The notes: a model not told the origin generated them from the letters alone. A stretch of 64,000 nucleotides of DNA from Candidatus Poribacteria bacterium (GCA_965215265.1 OZ244048.1:256001-320000); one strand, 5' to 3'; counted from the stretch's first letter, positions 40,540 through 51,593 are shown. Made by a program: numbers and translations.

Positions 40540-43206
40540 TTATTCCTGAACGCTGCTATAATAGATTGCGTTGAAGAGCAGCTTAAACGTTCCGAAGGAT
40601 TGTCCGCGATGCTGTGGTTTAAACCCGAAAAGAATGACTCGTCCGTTTCCTAATGTTGTTTCCAATAGTGCGGTTTTCTGTCGGATGCGTTTTTCGCCTT
40701 CAAGCCATCCGCTCATGAGTGGGTTAAACTCCGGATAAGTAGCGACCGGGTTTGCACTGCCGGGTCTCGCGTCAAAGACTGGCCCGGATTTAAAGAAGAT
40801 TGCTGTTTCCGTATCCAGTCCATAACCGATAGGGTGTTCAGTATCTATCCGGACACGCAATAGGGAGCCGGGGCAGAAAAATTCATTAGCCTTTGTAGGG
40901 TTTGTCTGCTCTACTATATTGACGATGCCCTTCTCTTTTAACGCGAAGTATTTCAAAGGCAGTTGTGTGGCAAGATTTAAGCAGATAAGCGTGCCGCCTT
41001 GTTCCACGAATGTGCGTAAATTCGCGAGCCCCTCTGTGCCAATTCCCCCGGCATATTCTGGTGGTAATTTCCCCGGTGCGTGTCCATTAAGGATAGCGTT
41101 TGCACTCATATCAGGCAAAATTATGGTGTCGTAGCGCGCTGCCAAATTGCCTGCACGCATCTCTGCATTGGTGAGTGTGTGATAAGCGAACTGGTGCGTA
41201 TCCAAAACCCAACGCGTCCATCCTTCGTCCATGTTGGCGGTCCACGGTTTGTACAGTGCGATCCGCGGGCGTGAAAGTTGCCTGAAGGTCCGTTCAAAGG
41301 TGCTCTCCTCAATAGATGCATCGGCATAGATGTGAACGCCGTATTCCCCTGCGAGCGCTCGCATTTCTGCGGCTTTCTGTAAGGGTGGTTCTGCAGTGCG
41401 GATTAGAACGGTGCCACGGGGGAGTTTACGGTTCCCGTGTACCATGACTTCGCGTTGCGCCCAATAGAGCTGATATAGCGGTGTATTGTCTTCACGCGTT
41501 GCCTGCAACAGTCTATTGAGCAATATCGCTTCCCGATTTGACCTATTTTGAAAAAGATAGGAAGTCGGTTCGGGTACAAGTTTGAGTATCCCCTGGATGG
41601 TAGGTAGGGTGTCAACTTTTGTCAAATCAGCCTCAAACGGATGGACGACTTGCACTGTTCTAACTCCCATCTGCAAAGGTAGCGTCCATCCTGCGATGTC
41701 ATAGGGGCGTTCGTAGGGTGCTTCTGGTGCCGGTCGGCGTTCTGGGTATCTCTGTACCTCAAGTAGATCTTTAGCGTGTGCGCGGAAAGGTTGTGCCATC
41801 GAAACGACGTAGGTTCCATGAGGGTATTCCACACTATCAGCAGTAAAGGGAGCGTTTGCCTGATGGATTGTAACGCCGCCGCGTTGGAGGATATCTAACA
41901 TCTTGTGAGTGGTGTGCAGGTCGCGTTGTTGCGGTGGTATCAGGAAAGCCCGTGGTGGTTGCTGTTGTCCTTTCTGTATTGCTTGGAGTCCCATTTTGTA
42001 AAAGTTGGTTTTTAGTGTGACTCGATGTTCAGCGGCGAAGGCGAGGATTGAATGCGCGGCGGCAAGTTCATAGTTAACGATGTCTCTCAACCGCCACCAT
42101 CCGCCCGGCCAGGGTTCTGGAAAGTTGGTTCGGAGCGTATATTCATCCAATCCGCGTCGATATCCTTTTAAGGTCGGATGGGGTTGAAAGATCGGGGTTG
42201 CAATTTCGACGCGCGCTGCTTCTGTTAAGATTCCTACCATGTTGTGTCGATAGGGGACTGTACGAAATCCGCCATGCCACCATGTGTCATAAACAGCATT
42301 TGATAGTACGCCTGTGAAGCCTTGTGTGGTTAAATCGAAGGCGAGTTGTGCTCCAATTAAGGACAACGTTCTCTGTAACAGGGGTGGGATATTCGGATTG
42401 ACAGGTTCAAAATAGGGAGGGATCACGAACCGGGGGCCCCGATGACTCATCTCATGCACATCGTAAACAATCTCTGGGAACCATTCTTCATAAAGGACGC
42501 GCGTCAAGAGTTGCGTCTCGACTTGTGTCAGCATAAACCAATCCCGGTTATTATCATGCCCGGTATATTTCTGATAGAGCCATGGCAGTTCGGCACCTTC
42601 GTAAGGGGTTCCGACGGTCCGATTATACCAATCGACTACGATGTTTAATCCATCGGGATTCGCTGATGGGATCAACAGAATCAGCACGTTTTCAAGAATT
42701 GACATCGCTTCCGGGGTATCAACTGTGGCGAATTGGTGTACGAATTCCATCGCCATCTGCGAAGAGGCGATCTCAGTTGAGTGCAAATTGCAGTTAATCA
42801 GGACAACGGCCTTGCCTTCTTGACAGAGTGCGTCGAGTGCCTCTGTTTGACCTTGTTTGGGCTGTGCCAATTGCGATTGTATAGCTTGGTAGCGTTCAAG
42901 ATTCTCTAAGTTTTGGGGTTCAGAGATAAGCACCATCAGAAAATCGTTTCCTTCAGTAGTTTTCCCTAGCTGCACTATTTCTACCCGGGGAGAGTTGTCT
43001 GCGACGTGCCGTAAGTAGTTAGAGAGCGTATCCCAATCTGTGACTTGATAATCCGAACCGACCTTAAAGCCAAGTGTCCGTTCAGGGCTCATCAGTTGTG
43101 CAGTGGCGAGTGAAGTAGTGATGAAAAGCGAAAGGTGGAGCAAGGCATACAGTTGCCCCCACGGTGTCGCACTTGTGAGTTTATGCATGATGCTAAACAA
43201 TTTCAT
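40540..43206 (-). CDS. M14 zinc carboxypeptidase-family protein
   Basis: LHSTE, PSANPDG, DNNRDW, DVHEM, PYDIAGWTLPL, C-terminal GATase-like domain. Confidence 0.9.
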   Translation of the reverse strand: MKLFSIMHKLTSATPWGQLYALLHLSLFITTSLATAQLMSPERTLGFKVGSDYQVTDWDTLSNYLRHVADNSPRVEIVQLGKTTEGNDFLMVLISEPQNLENLERYQAIQSQLAQPKQGQTEALDALCQEGKAVVLINCNLHSTEIASSQMAMEFVHQFATVDTPEAMSILENVLILLIPSANPDGLNIVVDWYNRTVGTPYEGAELPWLYQKYTGHDNNRDWFMLTQVETQLLTRVLYEEWFPEIVYDVHEMSHRGPRFVIPPYFEPVNPNIPPLLQRTLSLIGAQLAFDLTTQGFTGVLSNAVYDTWWHGGFRTVPYRHNMVGILTEAARVEIATPIFQPHPTLKGYRRGLDEYTLRTNFPEPWPGGWWRLRDIVNYELAAAHSILAFAAEHRVTLKTNFYKMGLQAIQKGQQQPPRAFLIPPQQRDLHTTHKMLDILQRGGVTIHQANAPFTADSVEYPHGTYVVSMAQPFRAHAKDLLEVQRYPERRPAPEAPYERPYDIAGWTLPLQMGVRTVQVVHPFEADLTKVDTLPTIQGILKLVPEPTSYLFQNRSNREAILLNRLLQATREDNTPLYQLYWAQREVMVHGNRKLPRGTVLIRTAEPPLQKAAEMRALAGEYGVHIYADASIEESTFERTFRQLSRPRIALYKPWTANMDEGWTRWVLDTHQFAYHTLTNAEMRAGNLAARYDTIILPDMSANAILNGHAPGKLPPEYAGGIGTEGLANLRTFVEQGGTLICLNLATQLPLKYFALKEKGIVNIVEQTNPTKANEFFCPGSLLRVRIDTEHPIGYGLDTETAIFFKSGPVFDARPGSANPVATYPEFNPLMSGWLEGEKRIRQKTALLETTLGNGRVILFGFKPQHRGQSFGTFKLLFNAIYYSSVQE

Positions 43207-43245
43207 GAACAGTTCCTTTGGTTAATTTGTTTCAGGTTTTAGTAA

Positions 43246-43274
43246 AGTATAACAAAGAACCCTCAATGTGTCAA
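43246..43274 (-). promoter_or_regulatory. Sigma70 promoter of the M14 peptidase
   Basis: TTGACA-N17-TATACT on the minus strand. Confidence 0.7.
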
Positions 43275-43335
43275 CGTGTCAACTTTAGAGTAGGTATTGC
43301 GTGGCTTTCAATTTTTTAGCAGCCCTGATTAACGC

Positions 43336-43364
43336 TTGACATTTTTAGGGTTTTGTAGTATCTT
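43336..43364 (+). promoter_or_regulatory. Sigma70 promoter of HEAT lipoprotein 1
   Basis: TTGACA-N17-TATCTT. Confidence 0.55.
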
Positions 43365-43463
43365 TATAAACAGTTTTTATTTTAGCCAGCGGAGATGTCC
43401 CTGCAATAAATAGACTTATGAACGCCTTAAGACCATTATAAGAAGGAGGAAAACAGAATTTTG

Positions 43464-44660
43464 ATGAAAAAGGTTGTGATGATACCACTGGTTTTGCTAC
43501 TGATTGGTGGCTTTGGCTGTGATACGAAACAGAAAGGCCCGAGCAACCTGTCGGTAGGCAAAAGTAAACTGGTTGAGAGTGGGCTTGCCTTAGAGGCTGT
43601 TAAACATCTGAAAAAAGCGGAAGAAGAAGAAAAAAATAAATTAGAGCCGCGTGTGCTACTTCTGATTGCATATTCGCATGGACTAGAGGATACAAGTGCG
43701 AGGCACCACGGGGTTGAGGCAGAGTTCAAAAATCAGCGGAAACAACGGATAGAGGCACTTAACGAGACTGAGATGAAAGCGATGCTTCAAATTCTCAGCC
43801 AACCTTCCCGTATTCGGAAGGCGGGGTTGCAAATTTTTGTTGACAAAGGTACGGCAGCGGTGCCTTTACTCTTGGAGAGCCTCGTCAAGGGAAGGTATCC
43901 GAACTTGCATTCTAATTTTAGCGAGATGCTGGTCCAGATAGGGTCTGCAGGGCTCCCTAAGATTTTAGAAACGTTGGCAGCAGAGACAACACCTGACCCG
44001 GTCAGCGTTAAACTGGTGCAGGTGATAGCGGATATTGGTGACCGGCAAGCAGTAGAAGCATTAAAATTGCTGCAAAAATCAACTTTAAATGCAGGTTTGG
44101 CGATGACGATTAACACCACGCTCTATCAACTGGGTGAAGTATCATATAAAGCAGATATTCTTTTGGGGTTAAAAAATAGTGACATCGCGGTTCGGCGTGC
44201 TGCAGCAAAGGCGATGGTGAATATCAGCGATATTCCGCCGAAGGCCCTGATCGACGGACTGACAGACAGCGATTCACAAGTGGTAACAGACCTGGTAAAG
44301 GGATTGGCAATCCACAGAGACGCGGCTGCGGTTGATAGCTTGGTAAATATCCTCACTAGTGAATTAAGCAAAGATGCAAAGCAGGCAGCGATTGAGACAC
44401 TCTCGCTGTATACTGATAACAAATTAGCCAAAACGTTAGCTCGGCAGGTTACAGCGCTCCTTACTGGGGGGACGGTGAGCAATGCGGACAATCGGCTCCA
44501 TCTCGTGCAGCTTCTCAAACGGGAACCGTTGCGTAAGCAGATACTGGCGATAAAATCATTTGAAGATCTTGGGTATAAACTCTATGAGTATTATAAAATT
44601 GAGGAGAGCACGCTCGTGAAAACAACGCTGAAGCAGCTGCTGGATCTACTTCAAAATTAA
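43464..44660 (+). CDS. HEAT-repeat lipoprotein, paralog 1
   Basis: Lipobox-like GFGC; HEAT/PBS repeats (VRRAAAKAM, LIDGLTDSD). Confidence 0.78.
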   Translation: MKKVVMIPLVLLLIGGFGCDTKQKGPSNLSVGKSKLVESGLALEAVKHLKKAEEEEKNKLEPRVLLLIAYSHGLEDTSARHHGVEAEFKNQRKQRIEALNETEMKAMLQILSQPSRIRKAGLQIFVDKGTAAVPLLLESLVKGRYPNLHSNFSEMLVQIGSAGLPKILETLAAETTPDPVSVKLVQVIADIGDRQAVEALKLLQKSTLNAGLAMTINTTLYQLGEVSYKADILLGLKNSDIAVRRAAAKAMVNISDIPPKALIDGLTDSDSQVVTDLVKGLAIHRDAAAVDSLVNILTSELSKDAKQAAIETLSLYTDNKLAKTLARQVTALLTGGTVSNADNRLHLVQLLKREPLRKQILAIKSFEDLGYKLYEYYKIEESTLVKTTLKQLLDLLQN

Positions 44661-44742
44661 GGGATTCTCTCCGTTTCCGTTTATGTGTGCCGTCTCAAAT
44701 GGCGCGTGCGGTAAATAGGTCTCAAATAGACAAGTGAATCTT

Positions 44743-45480
44743 ATGCTTAATTCCTCAACCAGGCCCCAATGGGAAGAAAAAGATTCTCAAGATTTCATTA
44801 AATACGGAAAGTACTTTGTACCTGACCGGGAGGCACAGATTGATTGCATTTGCGAGTTAATCCCTCGTCCGTCGAAGCCTGCTCATATATTTGATCTTTG
44901 TTGTGGGCAAGGCTTGCTAACTCGCGCGTTGCTCAGCAGGTTCCCTGAGTGCCAAGTTCATGGCTTGGATGGTTCTCTCAAAATGATTGATCAGGTAGAA
45001 AAAGAACTTTCTGTTTATAGGGGCCGTTTTCATACAAGGCAAATCGATTTAGCCGCAAGGGATTGGCGTGAGTTTCCTTTCCCTGTTCATGCCGTGGTAT
45101 CTTCTCTCGCTATTCACCACTTAGATAATACGGAGAAACACCTCTTGTTCAAAGATATGCTATCCCTCCTAACACCAGGCGGTAGTTTCATTATCGCTGA
45201 CTTAATTGAACCTGTGACTCAACTCGGGAAAAGGCATGCAGCTAAAACGTGGGACGAAACAGTGCGTCAGCGTTCACTCGATTTGGATGGAACCCTTTCT
45301 GCTTATAATTACTTCCGTGAGATAGAGTGGAATCTCTTCACGTATCCGGATCCTATTGACAAACCCTCAACCTTACTCAATCAACTTAACTGGCTCAATG
45401 AAGTTGGATTCATTGGGGTTGATGTATTCTGGCTGAAGGCAGGTCATGCGATCTTCGGCGGACGCAAACCGCATGCATAA
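44743..45480 (+). CDS. Class I SAM-dependent methyltransferase
   Basis: FDLCCGQG, GLDGS, VVSSLAIHHL, LTPGGSFIIAD. Confidence 0.88.
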   Translation: MLNSSTRPQWEEKDSQDFIKYGKYFVPDREAQIDCICELIPRPSKPAHIFDLCCGQGLLTRALLSRFPECQVHGLDGSLKMIDQVEKELSVYRGRFHTRQIDLAARDWREFPFPVHAVVSSLAIHHLDNTEKHLLFKDMLSLLTPGGSFIIADLIEPVTQLGKRHAAKTWDETVRQRSLDLDGTLSAYNYFREIEWNLFTYPDPIDKPSTLLNQLNWLNEVGFIGVDVFWLKAGHAIFGGRKPHA

Positions 45481-45508
45481 GGAAATTTTACGTTATTTTA
45501 AAATTTTG

Positions 45509-45537
45509 TTGACAGAAAAATAGATCTATTTTAGAAT
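45509..45537 (+). promoter_or_regulatory. Sigma70 promoter with palindromic spacer
   Basis: TTGACA-N17-TAGAAT; palindrome AAAATAGATCTATTTT at 45517-45532. Confidence 0.7.
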
Positions 45538-45809
45538 ATTTATTTAATGTACTTAAAGTTTGGACAGTTAATGTTGGTTTCAGGTTGAGTTTTCAAGTAT
45601 TACTTCATTTTTCCGAGGGTTTGGCACTTAAGCTGATGTACCAGGCGAAAGCTTTTCATTAAGTTCGGGTATCATACACGCAAAAAATTGTCCAAAGCTT
45701 AGTAAATGTAAGGCACTTTCTGCCGCGGATTGATAGATACAAATGTCCACACTCCGTGCGTGCCACAAACTGAGTAGCTCGAGAATTGAGGAGGAAAGAT
45801 AAAGGGAAC

Positions 45810-47003
45810 ATGAAAATAGTTTTGACGATACTGCTAATTATAGCCGTCTTAAGCGTTGGCTGCCAGCCGGACCAGGTTATCAGTCAACTAGAAGTGGGGC
45901 GAGATAAATTGCTGGGCGCAGGGCTCGCAATTGAAGCGGTTGAGCACCTTAAACAGGCAGAACAAGAAGAAGTCAACAAGGTTGAACCTCGCGCGCTTTT
46001 GCTCATTGCCTATAGCCATGCACTTCATGAAAACATGGCAAAAGTTCACCATGTAGAAAGCGATTACCAACGTGAACGTGCTAAGCGAATTTCGGAACTC
46101 AGTGAGTATGAAATGAAAAAAATTGTACAAATTCTTAATGAACGTCACCGGGTTCAGAAAGCCGGCATACAAATCCTTATTGATAAAGGCGCGCCGGTTG
46201 TTCCGCTGCTTGTGGACAATCTCGTTAAAGGACGTAATAAGAATGCCCACGGCGATTTTATCCAAATTCTAACCGCGATCGGTTCTAAAGGTACAGATCA
46301 ACTCCTTGCATCCGTTGCCGCGGTAGAGACACCACTCGCTGTTAAGATACAATTGGTCCGAATTATAGGCAACAGCGGTGATTCGTCTGCCACAGATAGA
46401 TTAGAATCACTTCATAAAAGCAGTGATGATGCTGGATTAAAGATGGAATTGAGCACAGCACTCTATCTGCTTGGAAACGAAACGTACCAAGAAAACATCA
46501 TTGCGGGGCTCAGCGATAGTAACGTCACCGTTCGTCAAGCCGCTGCAAAATCGATGATTTCGCTTAACCAACCGCCCACAGATATGATGATAAAGGCACT
46601 CCAAGATTCCGATGACACCGTGAGGCACGACATCGCGAACGCGCTGCAGAAACATCATGACGCAAGCGCGGTTGATTCTCTGGTGGCCCTGCTCACCAGC
46701 AATTCAAGTTCCATCACAAAGCAGACAGTTGTAAATACCTTGAACCTTTACGCAGAGAAAGGACTTGCAACAGGGTTAGCAGAACGCCTCATACCTTTGC
46801 TAATGAGCCCTGAGGTAGTGAATCATGAGGACCGGATTCGCATGGTGCAACTGCTTAAAAAGCCTGCACTGCTCAAACAAATTGAAGAGGCAGATAAATA
46901 CGAAAATCTGCCATCTAAACTTTATGATTACTTTGATACCCAGGAAAGCAATGACATGGTGAAAGAGGAACTAAATGCACTCCTGCACTTAATACCTGAG
47001 TAA
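45810..47003 (+). CDS. HEAT-repeat lipoprotein, paralog 2
   Basis: Lipobox-like SVGC; shares GLAxEAVxHLKxAE, EPRxLLLIAYSH and KAGxQI with paralog 1. Confidence 0.78.
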   Translation: MKIVLTILLIIAVLSVGCQPDQVISQLEVGRDKLLGAGLAIEAVEHLKQAEQEEVNKVEPRALLLIAYSHALHENMAKVHHVESDYQRERAKRISELSEYEMKKIVQILNERHRVQKAGIQILIDKGAPVVPLLVDNLVKGRNKNAHGDFIQILTAIGSKGTDQLLASVAAVETPLAVKIQLVRIIGNSGDSSATDRLESLHKSSDDAGLKMELSTALYLLGNETYQENIIAGLSDSNVTVRQAAAKSMISLNQPPTDMMIKALQDSDDTVRHDIANALQKHHDASAVDSLVALLTSNSSSITKQTVVNTLNLYAEKGLATGLAERLIPLLMSPEVVNHEDRIRMVQLLKKPALLKQIEEADKYENLPSKLYDYFDTQESNDMVKEELNALLHLIPE

Positions 47004-47080
47004 CAGAACAATGCCCACTTCCCGCTCAATCCATGTCTCAAGTGTCAGCTTTTCTCAGGGTTACTTCAAGGAGGACATCG

Positions 47081-48253
47081 ATGCTGAATTCTCCAACAGA
47101 CATCAAGATTACGCAAATTGAGCAGGTTACGTTGGAAATCGACCAGCCTGCTATCGGCTGTAATTCCGGTGCACGTGAGATAAAACAGCCTGAGCCGAAT
47201 GGAAAATGGAAAGAACGGATTATTCGTATCTATACAACGGATGGAACGGTGGGTTGGGGTGCTGGGAGCTGGGGTGCTACGACACCAGAAGATGTCCAAG
47301 GGGCGCTGAACCAAAACCCGTTCTCATTGCTGGATGCGGAAACTGGCGTATTAGAAGAATTCCGGGGCATTGAAAACGCTTTGTGGGATCTCACCGGACG
47401 TCTCCTCGAAAAGCCTGCCTATCAACTTATGGGAACAGATGTGGATGTCTCTGCGAACGGGTTACCGGCTTATGACAGCACCATCTACTTCAATGATCTG
47501 CTTTATGATACAAAGACTGAAGGTCTGAAACGGATTGAAGATGATGTCAAAAGTAGTCTTGCGAATGGGTTTGTGGCTTGCAAAATGAAAATCGGGCGCG
47601 GTAACCATTTAATGGAACGGAAAGCCGGGCTCCATAGAGATATTGAGCTCGTTCGTCTTGCGCGCAGCACCGCAGGCGAAGGATTCAATATCCTCGTTGA
47701 TGCAAATAATGCTTATACTTACGACGAGGTCCTCACTTTCCTGACAGAAACGAGCGATTGCGATGTTTTTTGGATTGAAGAGATGTTCGAAGAAGACGTT
47801 GAGTTGTATCGCAACCTTAAGGCTTGGATTGAAGAAAAGGGGTTGAAGACGTTCATCGCTGATGGTGAGACTCGGACACGTGAACCGCTGGAATTTTATG
47901 AGCCGTTCTTTGAGGCAGGTGTGATTGATGTCATCCAGCACGACATGAAGGGGCTGGGGGTTACAGGTTGGCGGAAGCTAGCCGCTATGGCGGAGGCGGC
48001 AGATGTCCAATGTGCGCCACATAATTGGGGCTCGTTGCTCGGATTCTTCCTCAGTCTGCAATTCGGTAAAACGATCCCGCACTTCCTCTACGGTGAAGTT
48101 GCCACGCTCACCAGTGATGTGATAGATACCTCCGGCTATCGCTTAAAAGATGGCATGTTCACGGTGCCAGATTCTCCCGGGCTCGGTTTGGAATTGCATG
48201 AAAAGGTTTATGCGGAGCGTTACGCAGGTCGGGAAGATTGGCGGGTTAACTGA
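47081..48253 (+). CDS. Mandelate racemase/muconate lactonizing enzyme family protein
   Basis: ENALWDL, KMKIG, VDAN, WIEE, DGE, PHNWG, PGLGL. Confidence 0.9.
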   Translation: MLNSPTDIKITQIEQVTLEIDQPAIGCNSGAREIKQPEPNGKWKERIIRIYTTDGTVGWGAGSWGATTPEDVQGALNQNPFSLLDAETGVLEEFRGIENALWDLTGRLLEKPAYQLMGTDVDVSANGLPAYDSTIYFNDLLYDTKTEGLKRIEDDVKSSLANGFVACKMKIGRGNHLMERKAGLHRDIELVRLARSTAGEGFNILVDANNAYTYDEVLTFLTETSDCDVFWIEEMFEEDVELYRNLKAWIEEKGLKTFIADGETRTREPLEFYEPFFEAGVIDVIQHDMKGLGVTGWRKLAAMAEAADVQCAPHNWGSLLGFFLSLQFGKTIPHFLYGEVATLTSDVIDTSGYRLKDGMFTVPDSPGLGLELHEKVYAERYAGREDWRVN

Positions 48254-48392
48254 GACGATTTGCGTGGCTACAGAAACTGCGATGAACGCTTTTCCACAAC
48301 ATTAACAATTAAACAAGGTCTTGCCCATACAATCAGATTCTGCGTCAGCAGCATGGAGCGCGCCTACCAGTACAGGCAGAAGCAGGCATACT

Positions 48393-49469
48393 ATGAAAAA
48401 AATTCTTGTTGCGATGAGCGGTGGGGTGGATAGTTCTGTTACAGCCGCCATGATGGTGGAGGCGGGGCACGATGTGACGGGCATTACCATGCGACTTGGG
48501 GCACCGGATACGATCGGTGTTGAGCCGGAGCGTCCGAATTGCTGCTCGCTTGAGGGGATTGAAGATGCTCGGCGTGTTGCAACCCAATTGGATATCCCGT
48601 TCTACGGTGTCAACTATGAGGATATTTTCCGGGAACAGATTATTGACTACTTTGTGGAGGAGTACCTCGTCGGCAGGACACCGAGTCCGTGTATGGTATG
48701 TAATCGCGAATTGAAGTTCGGGAAGCTCCTCAACCTGGCAGATACGCTGGAATGTGACTTTATCGCGACTGGACATTATGCGCGCGTCGAGAAGGACGCA
48801 GGAACGGGGCGTGCGATGTTACGCACGGCCCGTGATTTAAGCAAAGATCAGTCCTATTTCCTCGCTGCACTCACGCAGGCGCAGCTTTCTCGTGCCTTGA
48901 TGCCTTTGGGTGAATACACCAAAACCGAGGTCCGAGAGCTGGCCAGAAAGTATGACTTGCGAACGGCTGAAAAAATTGAGAGTCAAGAGCTCTGCTTTGT
49001 GGCGGATACGAACTATAGACGTTTCCTCAAAGATAGAGTGCCTGAAAAAATTGAGGGTGGCAATATTGTAGATAGAGCAGGCAAGGTTCTCGGTAAGCAT
49101 CAAGGTGTGCCGTTTTATACCGTTGGACAGCGGCGGGGTTTAGGCATCGCTACCGGAAAACCGCTCTACGTTACGCGGCTCAACGCTGCAGAGAATACCG
49201 TGGTCGTCGGCGAATCTGATGAACTCTTGGCAGATACGATGAACGTTGAACGCCTCAACTTGATTGCGTATGATAGGCTAACAGAGCCGCTTCGCGCGCA
49301 CGTCAAAATTCGTTCACGGGACGAAGGTGCCCTCGCAACGATATATCCTCTGACTGAAACCGAAGCCGAGGTGAAGTTTGATATTCCTCGTCGCGCGATT
49401 ACACCTGGACAAGCCACTGTGTTTTACGATGGCGAGTATGTTATCGGTGGCGGCTGGATAAAAGTCTAA
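48393..49469 (+). CDS. mnmA: tRNA 2-thiouridine(34) synthase
   Basis: AMSGGVDSS, PCMVCN, ATGHYA, KDQSYFL, ESQELCF, YTVGQRRGLG, TPGQ. Confidence 0.97.
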   Translation: MKKILVAMSGGVDSSVTAAMMVEAGHDVTGITMRLGAPDTIGVEPERPNCCSLEGIEDARRVATQLDIPFYGVNYEDIFREQIIDYFVEEYLVGRTPSPCMVCNRELKFGKLLNLADTLECDFIATGHYARVEKDAGTGRAMLRTARDLSKDQSYFLAALTQAQLSRALMPLGEYTKTEVRELARKYDLRTAEKIESQELCFVADTNYRRFLKDRVPEKIEGGNIVDRAGKVLGKHQGVPFYTVGQRRGLGIATGKPLYVTRLNAAENTVVVGESDELLADTMNVERLNLIAYDRLTEPLRAHVKIRSRDEGALATIYPLTETEAEVKFDIPRRAITPGQATVFYDGEYVIGGGWIKV

Positions 49470-49570
49470 GTAGAAAGGACAGCGAAACGCAAGCGCCCTT
49501 TCGCTTCGAAAGTTTTAAAGGAACATTCAAACCTCATCGCCCCCGACCGGCCGTTCCATTCCACATCCAC

Positions 49571-50488
49571 ATGAAACCAGAGCTCGTTTGCCTCCTTGGT
49601 CCTACAGCCGTTGGGAAAACAGACATAGCAATTGAGCTGGCACAACACCTTAAGGCTGAGATTGTGTCTGTAGATTCACGGCAAATTTATCGGTATATGG
49701 ATATCGGCACTGCGAAACCGACATCGGAACAGCGGAAGGCTGCCCGGCACCACCTGATTGATTGTGTGGACATTGCGCAGCCCTTCTCCGTTGCTGACTT
49801 TCAAGAATTGGCGGATGCTGCAATTGCGGATATCCAAAATAGAGGTAAGCTGCCGCTGCTAGTCGGGGGTGCGGGGCTCTATTTTCGTGCAATTGTAGAT
49901 GGGCTGTTTGAGGGTCCTGGGGCAGATGATGCGATTCGGAGGCGGCTTCAGGAAGAATTAGAGCAGCTCGGTTCAGCAGCGCTCTATGAGCGTCTCTGTA
50001 GCTACGATGCGGATGCTGCTGTCCGTATCCATCCGAATGACGTGGTGCGCGTCATTCGTGCTTTAGAAATCTACGAACTCACGGGCACCCCAATCTCCGA
50101 GCTACAGCAACAGTGGAATAAACCGCCAAGGTATGCGTTTCGTGCGTTCTGTCTAACGATGTCGCGGGCGAATCTGTACTGCTGTATTGAGCGGCGGGTT
50201 GATTTGATGATAGCGAACGGTTTGGTTGAAGAGGTTAAAGGATTATTGGTGCGTGGATATGCCCGTGATTCTATCGCACTCCAAAGTTTCGGGTACAAGG
50301 AACTGATTGCCTATCTAGATGGGGAGTGCGCGTTAGCGGAGGCGGTTGCGCAGCTAAAGCAGAACACCCGGCGGTTTGCGAAACGGCAGTTGACGTGGTT
50401 CCGCAAAGATTCGCGTCTTGAATGGGTAAACCGGGAAGCTGTTTCGGAGGTTGTGTCGTATCTGTTAGAGCGAGTTGGCCAGATTTGA
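49571..50488 (+). CDS. miaA: tRNA dimethylallyltransferase
   Basis: GPTAVGKT, DSRQIYRYMDIGTAKP, RVIRALEI, TRRFAKRQLTWFR. Confidence 0.97.
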   Translation: MKPELVCLLGPTAVGKTDIAIELAQHLKAEIVSVDSRQIYRYMDIGTAKPTSEQRKAARHHLIDCVDIAQPFSVADFQELADAAIADIQNRGKLPLLVGGAGLYFRAIVDGLFEGPGADDAIRRRLQEELEQLGSAALYERLCSYDADAAVRIHPNDVVRVIRALEIYELTGTPISELQQQWNKPPRYAFRAFCLTMSRANLYCCIERRVDLMIANGLVEEVKGLLVRGYARDSIALQSFGYKELIAYLDGECALAEAVAQLKQNTRRFAKRQLTWFRKDSRLEWVNREAVSEVVSYLLERVGQI

Positions 50489-50767
50489 TGCGTATCGCGA
50501 TGAAGAGATAGCTCTTAGAGTTGTCTGACAAAGTGGCGAGCTATCTCTCTGAAGTGGCGGCGTACCTCTTCAAGACGGTTGGGGCATGAGTAACTTTTAC
50601 GAAAAAAAGGAGCCCCGAACGCCCACGCACCGACGTTCCGAGTGCCGTGTCTATAAAGAGGCAGAGGTATCTCCTCTGCCCAGCATCGGAGGAAGCACAT
50701 CATCTCTTTCTTCAGAGCAGCACAACGTACTCGCCTTGATTAAAGGGGAGCGGTGCCTTCGCATAAC

Positions 50768-51538
50768 ATGAGTATAAAAACAGTTACAACAGATTGGGGA
50801 GAGATGGCCTACGTTGATTCAGACAGGTCACGGCTTCCTCTGCTTTTCTTACACGGTACCGGGTGTGATTTATGGGATTGGATGTCGGTAGTTGAAGGAT
50901 TAACACCCCATCTGAGGTACATCGCGCTCGATTTTCGTGGGCACGGGCAGAGTAGCGTGCCTCTAAAACCGTTTACAGTAGCAGACCTCGCTGACGATGT
51001 TTTGTTCCTGACAGACTATTTGCAGGTTCAAGAGATGCTGCTTATTGGGCATAGTCTTGGAGGCATGGTTGCGATGGAAGTTGCTCGGCATTCGTTGCGT
51101 GTGGCTGGGCTTGTTCTGATAGAAGGGTGGACGAGCCTTTCCGCGGCGGGTGAAGCTTTCGAGACAGGTCGATTTTACGGTTCGCTGTCCGAAACCGAAA
51201 TTGCTCATATTCAGTGCAAGGCATAAGGGACGCGGCACCGTTTTAAACCTCAAGTCTGGAACAGTTTCTGGGCATCTGTGAAGAGATTTGATGGCTACAG
51301 TTATCTTCAGGACGCGGGCATCCCTATTTGTGAGGTCTTTGGCAGTATGGGACGGAATGATTCTAGTGAAAAGAAGTTGCGCGTACCGCCTAATCCGAGA
51401 ATTGAATGGAGATGGCTTCACAACGCTGGACATTACTTGGCCCAAGAGTGTCCGGATGAAGTCGCGGAAGTCTGTGTTCGTCATCTTGAGGACCTGATTA
51501 CGGATTGTAGATGGAATATTTCTTGCGATTTTGTATGA
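50768..51538 (+). pseudogene. Alpha/beta hydrolase with an in-frame TAA at 51224-51226
   Basis: LFLHG, DFRGHG, GHSLGG; the same frame continues after the stop to the catalytic AGHY…ECP. Confidence 0.75.
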
Positions 51539-51566
51539 AATTTGCTATACTTCATTATACCGTTGT

Positions 51567-51593
51567 GAACTTTTTTAGAAAAACTTTGTCTGT
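51567..51593 (+). promoter_or_regulatory. RpoE/ECF-like promoter
   Basis: GAACTT-N16-TCTGT upstream of the DUF4175 gene. Confidence 0.5.
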
